Notes: a model not told the origin generated them from the sequence alone. A stretch of DNA of 34,733 nt from a virus (IMGVR_UViG_3300037657_000197:1-34733); one strand, 5' to 3'; shown: positions 18,995 to 27,895, numbered from the stretch's first letter. Translations and numbers: made by a program.

Positions 18995-19953
18995 CGATGG
19001 ACAAGCAGATGACGGATCTGGTCAAACGCCAAGTATCGACGGTGGAACTGGCGCAGATGCTCCGCCAGGGGGGCATCGGCGACCGCCAGGCCCCGCTGGA
19101 CCACCATCTCCAGCGGCAGCCACACGATGCGGTGGCTGAAAGCCTCTGCCAGCCGGGCCTGCAGGGTTGCGACCACTGCCTGGGACTCCTGATCCTCCTG
19201 CGGCGCCAATACGTAGTTGATCGCGCTGTGCAGGCCGTGTCTCCTGGCATACGCCAGCGTCAGCAGGAGATTGCGGGCCACCTGGTCGAAGCCCTGGGTG
19301 GCGTACCAACGGCAGCCCTCGGGCGTGAGCAGGCCCAGATCATCGGCCAGATGAAACTTGCGATCCTGTTTGGTGGCAGTGTTGTTGCCCAGCTTGTCGG
19401 TGTATTTTGTCTCTATGGATGCCAAGCCCGGCCTGCCTTGGCCATCGGTGAAGAGCACTGCCGCATCGAAGCCGGTCTTGTCGTCGATGTACTGGCTGGT
19501 GGGCCTGGGCACCATCTCCACTTCCACCGAGGCAACCTGCACAATACTGGACTCCGGGAAGACGGCTCGCAGCACCGCCGTGGCATTCGTGCAGCATCGC
19601 TGGACCCCAGCCCGGAGATCGGCGAACAGGTTGAAGCACATCGGGTGGCTGGAAAGCATGTTGTTGAACAGCCGATGCTCGTCGATCGTCAGGTCGGGGT
19701 TACTGGCCTTCTCTGCCACCTTCTCTTTGGCGTAGGCAAACGCGGCGGCCCCCAGGAAGTTGCTGCCGCTAGTCTCTCCGTTGACGAGCGTGCTGCCCAC
19801 GATCCGTCCGCCGGGACGCCAGGGGCCGCAAGCGGGCTCGCGCAGGACCTCGACGCGGTACCAGCTCTGCAGCAGCCGGCACTTGCGCATGAACGGCGAT
19901 GCGTCGTTGGGCTGTGGACCGTAGCGATTTTCCATCTCGTTCTTGCCAAGCAT
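18991..19953 (-). CDS. Putative restriction endonuclease-like PD-(D/E)XK protein (PGN_0703-like), accessory gene
   Basis: RLLQSWYR, NMLSSHPMCFNLF, DKTGFDA..IETKYTD and QVARNLLL. GAGGG RBS; opposite strand to its neighbours. Confidence 0.78.
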   Translation of the reverse strand: MLGKNEMENRYGPQPNDASPFMRKCRLLQSWYRVEVLREPACGPWRPGGRIVGSTLVNGETSGSNFLGAAAFAYAKEKVAEKASNPDLTIDEHRLFNNMLSSHPMCFNLFADLRAGVQRCCTNATAVLRAVFPESSIVQVASVEVEMVPRPTSQYIDDKTGFDAAVLFTDGQGRPGLASIETKYTDKLGNNTATKQDRKFHLADDLGLLTPEGCRWYATQGFDQVARNLLLTLAYARRHGLHSAINYVLAPQEDQESQAVVATLQARLAEAFSHRIVWLPLEMVVQRGLAVADAPLAEHLRQFHRRYLAFDQIRHLLVHR

Positions 19954-20051
19954 TGCTGTTCCCTCGGATCGGCATGCAGCGATGGAGATCATAACACGGC
20001 AGGTCGCATGCCGGGAGAGCCGCATTGTCTTTTCTGCGAGGGCACTTACCA

Positions 20052-22382
20052 GTGAGCAGTGGCGACATGAAGCATACAGCCCTCGCCTACCTGGCCAGCG
20101 GCCTGGCCGTCTTGCCCGCGCGCCTGAAGTCCAAGCGCCCCGCGGTGCCGAGCTGGGACCAGTACCAGTCGCGCCTGCCGTCGCGCACGGAGATCGAGGC
20201 GTGGTTCGCCAACCCGCAGGATGCGCTGTGCATCGTGGCCGGCCAGATCTCTGGCAGAACCGAGATGCTGGACTTCGACTGCAGCGGCGCCGTCTTCGAG
20301 GCTTGGTGCCAGCTCATCCAGCAGGCGGCGCCGGGGCTGCTCGAGCGGCTGGTGATCGAGTCCACCCCCTCGGCCGGCTGGCACGTGGTCTACCGCTGCC
20401 GGACGGACATCTGCGGCAATACCGTCCTGGCCCGGCGCAAGGTGACTGTCCCTTCGAGCGATCCGGTCGTCCTGTACGGCAAGACGTACAAGCCAGCCAG
20501 GGATGCCCATGGCGGCTGGTACGCCATCCTGACGCTGATCGAGACCCGTGGCGAAGGCGGCATCTTCCTGTGTGCCCCGTCGCCTGGCTACGAGCTCTAC
20601 CAAGGCGACCTCGCCAGCCTGCCAGTAATCAGCGAGGCGGAGCGAGACCTGCTGCTGGATGCGGCCTGGTCGCTCAATGAGTACGTACCCGACGTCGTGG
20701 ATGGCCCGAAAAACGGCCAACGTTTGGCCCACGTTGCAACGGGGCCGGGCCTCCCGACCACGGCTCGCCCCGGCGACGATTTCAACACACGGGGCGACGT
20801 ACGCGGTTTGCTCGAGGCCCACGGCTGGAGCCTGGTACGGTCTGGCGAAAACGAATATTGGCGCCGGCCGGGCAAGACCGCTGGCTCGTCCGCGACGCTC
20901 AAGGATGGGGTCTTCTACGTGTTCAGCTCCAATGCCGCCCCCTTCGAGGCCAACCGCGGCTACAGCCCGTTCGGCGTGTACGCCCATCTGGAACACAATG
21001 GGGACTTCGCCGCCGCGGCAGCCACGCTGCGCATGCATGGTTTCGGCGAGGATCCACCGGCCGATACGGACGTGGACCTGTCCGCCTTCTGCCCCGGGTA
21101 CGACGAAGTGCCGGAGGAAAAGCCAAGGGCCCAGGACCCCGGCCCGCTGCCGGAGGAATTGCTCCGCATCCCCGGGTTCGTCGGCGAGGTCATGGACTAC
21201 TGCATGCAAACCGCGCCCTATCCGAACCTCGTGATGGCCTTCTGTGGCGCCCTGTCACTGCAGGCGTTCCTGGCCGGCCGCAAGGTCCGAGATCCCGGTG
21301 ACAACCGCACGAACCTGTACCTGCTCGGCTTGGCACACTCCGCTGCCGGCAAGGACTGGCCCCGGAAGGTCAACACGCGAATCCTCCACGAGATCGGCAT
21401 GGCCGAATGCCTCGGCGATCGCTTCGCCAGCGGCGAGGGCATGCAGGACGCCTTGTACCTGAGCCCGTGCATGCTGTTTCAGACGGATGAAATAGATGGC
21501 ATGCTCCAGACGATTAACAAGGCGAAGGACGCCAGGCACGAGACCATCATGACCACGCTGCTGACGATGTACTCGTCGGCCAACAGCGTGTTCCCCATGC
21601 GCCGCAAGGCCGGCAAGGATGCCGCCGGCGTCATCGACCAGCCGAACCTGGTCATCTTCGGCACCGCGATCCCTAACCACTACTACGAGGCGCTGTCGGA
21701 AAGGATGCTCACCAACGGCTTCTTTGCCCGCATGATGATCCTGGAGGCTGGCAGGCGGTCCGAGGGACAGGAGCCTCGCATCTGCGACCTGCCCGCCCGC
21801 GTGCTCGCCACAGCCAAATGGTGGGCAGACTACCGGCCGGGCACAGGCAATCTGCAGAGCTGGCACCCCATCCCGACGATCGTCGAGCAGACCGACGATG
21901 CCCGGTGCATGCTTGCGGAGGCGCGGCAACAGGCGGATGGCGAATATGCCAAGGCGGAGGCCGCCAGCGATCCCGTCGGCACAACCGTCTGGGGCCGTGT
22001 CAGCGAGCAGGTGCGCAAGTTAGCGCTGCTGCACGCCATCAGCCAGGACCACCTGTCCCCCAAGATCGGCAAGCCCGCAGTGGTATGGGCCGTCGAGTTC
22101 GTCATGCACCAAACCCGCCGCATGCTGTACATGGCTGCCAACCACGTGGCAGAGAACCCGTTCCAGGCGGAGTGCCTGAAAGTGAAGCAGAAGCTGCTCG
22201 AGGCGCCAGCTCAGCAGATGACCCACAGCCTGCTTCTGAAGCGGATGAAGGTGGACGCACGAACCTTCGCCGAGCTGATCACCACGCTGGAGCAGCGTGG
22301 AGAGGTCGAGACGCTCCTCATGCCGCGCGCGGGAACCCACGCCAAGCACTACCGGCTGCTGGAGACAGGGGGTGAACTGTGA
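20052..22382 (+). CDS. Bifunctional primase-polymerase fused to DUF3987-like helicase domain
   Basis: GLAVLP..KRP, MLDFD, ESTPSAGWHVVY, ETRGEGG..APSPGY, WRRPGK, NLYLLGLAHSAAGKD, TDEIDG and NGFFAR. Start is GTG 20052 or ATG 20067. Confidence 0.9.
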   Translation: MSSGDMKHTALAYLASGLAVLPARLKSKRPAVPSWDQYQSRLPSRTEIEAWFANPQDALCIVAGQISGRTEMLDFDCSGAVFEAWCQLIQQAAPGLLERLVIESTPSAGWHVVYRCRTDICGNTVLARRKVTVPSSDPVVLYGKTYKPARDAHGGWYAILTLIETRGEGGIFLCAPSPGYELYQGDLASLPVISEAERDLLLDAAWSLNEYVPDVVDGPKNGQRLAHVATGPGLPTTARPGDDFNTRGDVRGLLEAHGWSLVRSGENEYWRRPGKTAGSSATLKDGVFYVFSSNAAPFEANRGYSPFGVYAHLEHNGDFAAAAATLRMHGFGEDPPADTDVDLSAFCPGYDEVPEEKPRAQDPGPLPEELLRIPGFVGEVMDYCMQTAPYPNLVMAFCGALSLQAFLAGRKVRDPGDNRTNLYLLGLAHSAAGKDWPRKVNTRILHEIGMAECLGDRFASGEGMQDALYLSPCMLFQTDEIDGMLQTINKAKDARHETIMTTLLTMYSSANSVFPMRRKAGKDAAGVIDQPNLVIFGTAIPNHYYEALSERMLTNGFFARMMILEAGRRSEGQEPRICDLPARVLATAKWWADYRPGTGNLQSWHPIPTIVEQTDDARCMLAEARQQADGEYAKAEAASDPVGTTVWGRVSEQVRKLALLHAISQDHLSPKIGKPAVVWAVEFVMHQTRRMLYMAANHVAENPFQAECLKVKQKLLEAPAQQMTHSLLLKRMKVDARTFAELITTLEQRGEVETLLMPRAGTHAKHYRLLETGGEL

Positions 22383-22621
22383 CCCCCCAAGGTGAATTGA
22401 GGTACGTGCTGTCGGAGTTTTCTGGGCCAAAAACGGCTCACAATTCCCCACGTTTCACCCCCCTCGGGTGAATTGAGATAGGAGACGTAAGTATGATAGA
22501 GAGATATATATTACATCTTTATATATACCTCTTTCCCCACGTTTCACCCCCACCCCCTCGCGCGCCGTTTTTAGCCCGTTTGGGCGTGTTTTCGCGAGGG
22601 GGGGGTGAAAGGTGAAACGTG
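22368..22621. repeat. Iteron cluster around an AT-rich core (candidate phage replication origin)
   Basis: Seven GGTGAA/TTCACC copies; exact 19-bp direct repeat TTCCCCACGTTTCACCCCC (22444-22462, 22533-22551) flanking an AT-rich tract; inverted repeat 22542-22562 / 22593-22610. Confidence 0.7.
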
Positions 22622-22805
22622 AGCCAGCCGCTTTCGTTCCCGACAAGGCATGAATGGAAGTAATCCATTCCCGACTCGACATGAATAGGTACTTCCGGCC
22701 GCCGTGGCCGTTGATGGCGGCGGGAACGGGCACCTTGGGATAGAGAGTTTGTTGCGGCGCCGCCGCAACCAGAGGACCGCAAGCAGAGCACAGGGAGGTG
22801 CATGA

Positions 22806-24128
22806 ATGAGTAGCACGACGTTCGAGATCGAGATCCGCGACATCGACAACATCAAGCCGTACGACCGGAATCCCCGCCTGAATGACCAGGCAGTGGACGC
22901 GGTGGCGGCCAGTCTGGAGCAGTTCGGTTTCAGGCAGCCCATCGTGGTAGATGGCGACGACGTAATCGTCGCCGGCCATACCCGCTGGAAGGCCGCGAAG
23001 AAGATGGGGCTGACGCGGGTCCCGGTGCACGTAGCCGGGGACCTGACCGCTGAGCAGATTCGCGCCTATCGCATTGCGGATAACAAGACGGGCGAGCTGG
23101 CGGATTGGGACCTGGACATCCTGCCGATCGAGCTGAGCGAGCTGAAGGGCGCGGGTGTCGACCTGCACATGCTGGGTTTCGACGACGAGGATCTGGCCAA
23201 GCTGCTGGTGGGCGACCTGCAGCAGGGCCTGACCGATCCGGATTCGATCCCCGAGCCGCCGGATGAGGCGATTACACAGCGCGGGGACATCTGGCTGCTG
23301 GGCAACCACCGGCTCATGTGCGGCGACAGTTCCAGCGCGGCCGATCTCGACAGGCTTCTGGATAGCGCGACAATCCATCTCGTAAACATGGACCCGCCGT
23401 ATAACGTGAAAGTGGAACCGCGCAGCAACAACGCCATCGCGGCCGGCCTGTCGAGCTTCACCAACACCCACCACCAGGGCCTGGACCTGGCCCGCCATCC
23501 GGAGAAGTCCAAGGCCACGCACAAGAAGATGCGCGCCAAGGATCGGCCCCTGGAGAATGACTTCGTCACACCGGAGGCCTTCGACGAGATGCTCGACGCG
23601 TGGTTCGGAAACGCCTCGCGGGTGCTCAAGCCCGGCGGCTCGTTCTACGTGTGGGGCGGCTACGCCAACCTCGGCAACTACCCGGCGCCGCTGAAGCGCG
23701 CGGGGCTGTACTTCAGCCAGGGAATCGTGTGGGACAAGCAGCATCCGGTGCTCACGAGGAAGGATTTCATGGGCGCCTTTGAGATCGCGTTCTACGGCTG
23801 GAAAGAGGGCGCAGGCCACAAATTCTACGGCCCGAACAATGTTACAGATTTATGGCATGTAAAAAAAGTAAACCCGCAGAGCATGGTACATCTAACCGAG
23901 AAACCTGTCGAGCTGGCGGTGCGGGCGATCCAGTATTCCTCGCTGCCGGGTGAGAACGTGCTCGATCTGTTCGGCGGCAGCGGCTCGACGCTGATGGGCT
24001 GCGAGCAAACGGGGCGGCGCGCGTTCCTGATGGAGATCGATCCGCCGTACTGCGACGTGATCGTCCAACGCTGGACAGAGTTCACGGGGCGAAAGGCCGA
24101 GCGGATCCTCGCGGCGGCGGCCAACTGA
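22806..24128 (+). CDS. ParB-domain / N6-adenine or N4-cytosine DNA methyltransferase fusion
   Basis: N-terminal PYDRNPR..FGFRQPIVVD..IVAGHTR..YRIADNK. MTase motifs MDPPY, HLTEKP and VLDLFGGSGST. GGAGG RBS. Confidence 0.95.
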   Translation: MSSTTFEIEIRDIDNIKPYDRNPRLNDQAVDAVAASLEQFGFRQPIVVDGDDVIVAGHTRWKAAKKMGLTRVPVHVAGDLTAEQIRAYRIADNKTGELADWDLDILPIELSELKGAGVDLHMLGFDDEDLAKLLVGDLQQGLTDPDSIPEPPDEAITQRGDIWLLGNHRLMCGDSSSAADLDRLLDSATIHLVNMDPPYNVKVEPRSNNAIAAGLSSFTNTHHQGLDLARHPEKSKATHKKMRAKDRPLENDFVTPEAFDEMLDAWFGNASRVLKPGGSFYVWGGYANLGNYPAPLKRAGLYFSQGIVWDKQHPVLTRKDFMGAFEIAFYGWKEGAGHKFYGPNNVTDLWHVKKVNPQSMVHLTEKPVELAVRAIQYSSLPGENVLDLFGGSGSTLMGCEQTGRRAFLMEIDPPYCDVIVQRWTEFTGRKAERILAAAAN

Positions 24129-24129
24129 G

Positions 24130-25287
24130 TCACTCCGTGTCCGCCGTCAGAACCTGGAGGTAGCCATGATACCCATACACACGATCTCGCAGCTTGCCGG
24201 TCCTCTCGCGGAGGATACCGGTCTTCTGCAGCACATCCATCGCCTTGATGGCGGTCGGCTTGCTGGTGGCCAGGATCTTCATGGCTCCAGCCAGTGTGAC
24301 GATCGGGTGCGTGGGCAGTGCATCGAAGAGGCGGATGGCCGGCAGTGTGACCCGGGCGTAGCCCAGGATCGCCTGCCGGTCTTTGCCCAGCTGCGCGAAG
24401 ATGCGCTGTGCGGCGGTCACGCCGTCCTCGGCAGCTTCCCGGACACACTCCAGGTAGAAGGTCGTCCAGCCTTCCCAGTCGCCTTGTATGCGTACCGACG
24501 CCAGCCGCTCGTAGTACTCGGCCTGGTGGCGTTTGAAGGCCAGGCTCAGGTACAGCAGTGGGCTGGTCAGCAGGCCCCAGTGCTCCACGAGCAAGGCGAT
24601 CAGGAGGCGACCGATCCGGCCGTTGCCATCGAGGAACGGATGGATCGTCTCGAACTGCACGTGCGCCAGCCCAGCGCGTACCAAGGGCGGCAGCGGGTCC
24701 TTGGCGTGGATCCATCGGTCCAGTGCCCCCAGCGCCTGCGGTACGGCCTCCGGGGGCGGCGGGACGAACCGGGCGTTGCCGGGTCGGGTCCCGCCGATCC
24801 AGTTCTGCGAGCGGCGGACCTGGCCGGGCTGCTTGTCGGCGCCGCGGGCACCCTTCATCAGGCGCTTGTGGACCTCGCACAGCAGACGCGTACTCAGGGG
24901 CAGCCCCTTGGGACGGGCGAGTTCCCGCCGAGCGTACGAGAGGGCCTCGACGTAGTTGCAGACCTCCTGGACGTCGTCGGGACGGTCGGTCTTGTGGGTG
25001 GCCTCGTAGGTCAGTACGTCCTGGAGGGTGGCCTGGGTGCCCTCGATCTGCGAGGTGATCACGGCCTCCTTGCGGACGAAGCCGTAGAGGAACCAGTCTG
25101 CGCTGGGCACCATCATGCCGGCAACGGCCAAGCGACCGAGCGAGGCGGTCGCCTGCGCCAGCAGGCGCTCCAGGGATGCGTCGAGCACGAGCGGCGGGTC
25201 CTTGGGCGGCAGCGGATACGGCAGGAAGGCGCGGACCTTCTCGCCGCCCGCCGCAGTGACTTGATAGGTACCTGTGACACGTGCCAT
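24130..25287 (-). CDS. Fic family protein (class II) with C-terminal HTH
   Basis: Canonical HPFLDGNGRIGR and N-terminal inhibitory motif TSQIEG. Confidence 0.95.
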   Translation of the reverse strand: MARVTGTYQVTAAGGEKVRAFLPYPLPPKDPPLVLDASLERLLAQATASLGRLAVAGMMVPSADWFLYGFVRKEAVITSQIEGTQATLQDVLTYEATHKTDRPDDVQEVCNYVEALSYARRELARPKGLPLSTRLLCEVHKRLMKGARGADKQPGQVRRSQNWIGGTRPGNARFVPPPPEAVPQALGALDRWIHAKDPLPPLVRAGLAHVQFETIHPFLDGNGRIGRLLIALLVEHWGLLTSPLLYLSLAFKRHQAEYYERLASVRIQGDWEGWTTFYLECVREAAEDGVTAAQRIFAQLGKDRQAILGYARVTLPAIRLFDALPTHPIVTLAGAMKILATSKPTAIKAMDVLQKTGILRERTGKLRDRVYGYHGYLQVLTADTE

Positions 25288-25320
25288 CGCCGGTCAAGCC
25301 TCCTTCACCAAGCGTGTTCG

Positions 25321-25373
25321 CTAGTAAATCAGTCTTACCTAGTATCGGCCCCTAGTCAAGAGGTCTTTACCAG
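25321..25373 (-). promoter_or_regulatory. Two 22-bp imperfect palindromes overlapping the fic promoter
   Basis: CTAGTAAA-N6-TTACCTAG (25321-25342) and CTAGTCAA-N6-TTTACCAG (25352-25373). A minus-strand TTGACT (-35-like) lies in the second. Confidence 0.55.
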
Positions 25374-25389
25374 GCGGGCTGTGCAAGGC

Positions 25390-25617
25390 TCAGTCGGCAA
25401 GGCGTTTGAGGGCGTGCCCGAACTTCCGATTGATCTTCTCCAGGGCCTTGTCCAGACGCTGCTGCCGGGCCTTGTCCCGCACGGGCGAAACCACCAAGCA
25501 GTCGCCGTTGGTTGTCAGTTCCAACGGCGTGTCCGGCGTCACCTGGAGCAGCTCCAGAATCGGCTTGTCGATCACCAGAGCATAGCTGTTGCCGTGCTTG
25601 ATCAGGGTCTTGCGCAT
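25390..25617 (-). CDS. AbrB/MazE/SpoVT family antitoxin-like DNA-binding protein
   Basis: MRKTLIKHGNSYALVIDKPILELL; GGAGG RBS; 75 aa. Confidence 0.9.
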   Translation of the reverse strand: MRKTLIKHGNSYALVIDKPILELLQVTPDTPLELTTNGDCLVVSPVRDKARQQRLDKALEKINRKFGHALKRLAD

Positions 25618-25636
25618 CGAATCCACCTCCAATGCT

Positions 25637-25657
25637 CGTATACACACAGTGTATCCG
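25637..25657. promoter_or_regulatory. Palindromic operator-like site upstream of the AbrB-type gene
   Basis: CGTATACAC-ACA-GTGTATCCG (8 of 9 positions symmetric). Confidence 0.45.
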
Positions 25658-25699
25658 TTCGTTCTGGGCCAGACCAGTGGGGAGTCCTGGCCGAAGAGA

Positions 25700-25719
25700 A
25701 CCCCGGTCGAGGCCGGGGT
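25700..25719 (-). terminator. Hairpin after the HARE-HTH-like gene
   Basis: ACCCCGG / CCGGGGT stem followed by pyrimidine-rich TCTCTTC on the minus strand. Confidence 0.4.
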
Positions 25720-25749
25720 GTCGGGAGGGCTGAAGATATGCCGTTGGCG

Positions 25750-26301
25750 TCAGGCGTTGCTGAGCAGGAACTTTCCGCGCTCGGTCTTGCGGAAGCGGCT
25801 GGCCTCGGCCTTGGTGTTGATCTCCCGCAGGATCGCGGAGTACAGGGTGTTGGCCGGCGTCTTGCCGCCCTTGCGGGGCTGCCAGTAGCCCTTGGTCTGC
25901 ATCTCGGCCACCATCTCGTTGCAATTGAGAGGCGTCTGGTTCTGGTGGTCTTCGAGGATTCGGACGGCGGCACCCACGATCCCCAGCGGCTTGGCAGTAC
26001 CGTCGCCGCCCGTGTTGGCCCGACGTTCGCGTTTCGTGGCCGGCTGGGCCGCGACCGGGGCCGACCCCGTATCGGTGGTCGCCTCGGCAGGTGCGGCCGC
26101 CACGGTGGCGGCGTTTGCGCCGTCGGCGGGCGCCTCGCCGCGGAGGGCCTGGGCGCTCTTGATATGGACCTTCTTTGTGGTGGCGGTGTTGATCGCGTTC
26201 CAGCCGCCCCGCGGGTGCTCGCTATCGATGCGGACCGCCACCACCTTGTTGCTGATCTTGGCCAGGTACGTCGCGCCAACTCGGACCTCGTTCTTCTTCA
26301 T
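25750..26301 (-). CDS. Two-domain protein with C-terminal winged HTH (HARE-HTH-like)
   Basis: N-terminal beta-rich domain, Ala/Thr linker, then AAVRILE..LNCNEMV..KGYW..GGKTPANTLYSAILREI..RFRKTERGKF. AAGGAG RBS. Confidence 0.8.
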   Translation of the reverse strand: MKKNEVRVGATYLAKISNKVVAVRIDSEHPRGGWNAINTATTKKVHIKSAQALRGEAPADGANAATVAAAPAEATTDTGSAPVAAQPATKRERRANTGGDGTAKPLGIVGAAVRILEDHQNQTPLNCNEMVAEMQTKGYWQPRKGGKTPANTLYSAILREINTKAEASRFRKTERGKFLLSNA

Positions 26302-26400
26302 CGCCTGTTCTCCTTCGGCCGTGTTCCGGCTGGCCAGGCCTGTGGGGCCATCGGCCCCGAAGATCCCGCGGCCGCCCGGGCCGGCGGGGGGTCGTTTGCG

Positions 26401-26796
26401 TTACCCGATGACCGCCCCTGTCTCGTTGATCTCGAAGCAGTCGATCGTCTTGCCCCGGCCGGCGACCACATCGATCGCGGCCTGGCGGGTGTTGGCCTTG
26501 ACGATCAACGCGTACAGCCGGCCGCCCCGGCTGATCTTGGCGACCTTCCAAAGTCGCGTGGCGCTGGGGCTGGCCTTGATCACGTTCGCCCAGGGCGGCG
26601 TGGTGGCCTCCGCCTGGCTGGCCGCCTGGCGGCCCGCCTCGTAGGCGGCTTCGAGCGCTTCGCGGAGGGACCAGACCGCCACCTCGTGGAAGTCGAGCTG
26701 GTCGCTGCGGCGGGTTTCGAGCGTCTCGATCCCCAGCGTGCTCTGGGCGATCGTCGTCAGGGTCGTCTCGGTCGTGGTGCGTGGTTTGCGTGGCAT
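26401..26796 (-). CDS. DUF6900-like domain protein with extra C-terminal domain
   Basis: IAQSTLGIETLETRRSDQLDFHEVAVWSLREALEAAYEAG. Confidence 0.75.
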   Translation of the reverse strand: MPRKPRTTTETTLTTIAQSTLGIETLETRRSDQLDFHEVAVWSLREALEAAYEAGRQAASQAEATTPPWANVIKASPSATRLWKVAKISRGGRLYALIVKANTRQAAIDVVAGRGKTIDCFEINETGAVIG

Positions 26797-26799
26797 GGT

Positions 26800-27036
26800 T
26801 CAGTTCCCTTCGTTCCGGAGGTTGAGGTAGTTCTTTGTCGCGTAGCGCCGCAGGGCGTCCGCGTCGTCCCAGGCGGTGGCGATCGGCTGCGTTGCGCAGG
26901 TCTTCAGGGCGTACAGCCGCCGCCCGGTGCCGGTGGTGCCGATCTGGACGATCCGGGCCTCCTGGCCCAGGTAGGTCCGGGCATCCGGGTTTGCGTGGAT
27001 CGTCGCGTCCGTCGCGTTCGTGTTCTTCGTGGCCAT
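26800..27036 (-). CDS. Hypothetical protein (78 aa)
   Basis: GAGGAG RBS, GC3-rich codons, 3 bp from the next gene; no family recognised. Confidence 0.7.
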   Translation of the reverse strand: MATKNTNATDATIHANPDARTYLGQEARIVQIGTTGTGRRLYALKTCATQPIATAWDDADALRRYATKNYLNLRNEGN

Positions 27037-27073
27037 CTGCGTCTCCTCTCGTTCGGTTCTGACAGGTTCATTC

Positions 27074-27101
27074 AGCCATGATCCGCGAGGAACCTCAAGG
27101 C
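27074..27101 (-). promoter_or_regulatory. Repeated 28-bp promoter-like motif (copy 1)
   Basis: AGCCATGATCCGCGAGGAACCTCAAGGC, 23/28 identical to 28795-28822, 37 nt upstream of the 27036 start. Confidence 0.6.
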
Positions 27102-27838
27102 CTTTTCTCGCTTAATTCGTTGATGTTAAAGGGGTTAAGATGGTTAATGCTGGTGCCGCCTCTGTTCAGTTCGATGCCTTTGCCATCCAGGTCCAGTTGT
27201 CCGTCCCGGTAGACCAGCACGCGGGTGCGGCGGTCGGCGATCATCTTCGCTTTGCCGGGCAGGCCTTCGGCGAGGCTGGCGAAGTAGTAGCCGCCCCGGC
27301 CGGGGCTGAAGTGCAGCGGGCGGCCGCGCCGGCAGACGAGCAGCCGCGCGGGCTTGGCCCAGATGCCCAGCATCGCGAGGTCACCTTCGGCGACGTTGGC
27401 GGTCCATGCGGCGCGCTGGTTGATCGTGCCCGGGCAGCGGGCCATGAGAAGGCCCAGGGCCTCGCTGTCACACTCACCGTGCTGGCGCAGCTGGTAGTGC
27501 TCGACGATGGCCTCGTGGTTGTGGACCACGCCGTTGTGGACGAGCCAGCCGGCGCCAGCTGCGTGCGGGTGGTTGTTGCGGTTGTCGGCGGGCGAGCCGT
27601 GCGTGGCGTAGCGGCAGTGGCCGACCATCACGATCGCGCGGCGGCATCGTTCCAATTCCTTGAGATGACGTTGCGCGGCGCCAGGACGCTTGAACGTCTG
27701 GATCGTGCCGTTTTCGTCAAGCCAGGCGAGGCCGAAGGCGTGCATGCCGCGGGTCTGGGTGACGAGTGCGATCCGCCGCAGGCGATCGATGTCCGGCCCG
27801 CGGCCTTCCGTGCTGATGAATCCGAAGATCCCACACAT
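27095..27838 (-). CDS. Class II (Ntn) glutamine amidotransferase domain protein
   Basis: N-terminal MCGIFG, RGMHAFG, GHCRYATHG..NNHPH, HNGVVHN and CDSE. Confidence 0.92.
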   Translation of the reverse strand: MCGIFGFISTEGRGPDIDRLRRIALVTQTRGMHAFGLAWLDENGTIQTFKRPGAAQRHLKELERCRRAIVMVGHCRYATHGSPADNRNNHPHAAGAGWLVHNGVVHNHEAIVEHYQLRQHGECDSEALGLLMARCPGTINQRAAWTANVAEGDLAMLGIWAKPARLLVCRRGRPLHFSPGRGGYYFASLAEGLPGKAKMIADRRTRVLVYRDGQLDLDGKGIELNRGGTSINHLNPFNINELSEKRP

Positions 27839-27895
27839 GATTGGTGCTCCCTTCGTACCGCCCGGGGCCCAGCGCCCCGGGCGTGTGGCTCGTCG

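Noticed and set aside
18997-20055. 352-aa plus-strand ORF co-directional with the replication operon
   Set aside because: It reads as an antisense shadow; the minus-strand frame carries coherent nuclease motifs and an RBS.
22444-22551. 19-bp direct repeats considered as a CRISPR array
   Set aside because: Only two copies, 70 bp apart, and no cas genes; fits iterons better.
24166-27081. 971-aa plus-strand ORF spanning five minus-strand genes
   Set aside because: All five genes happen to share one codon register, so their GC-rich antisense frame stays open. The translation has shadow-like composition and no motifs. Ribo-seq or proteomics would be needed to revive it.
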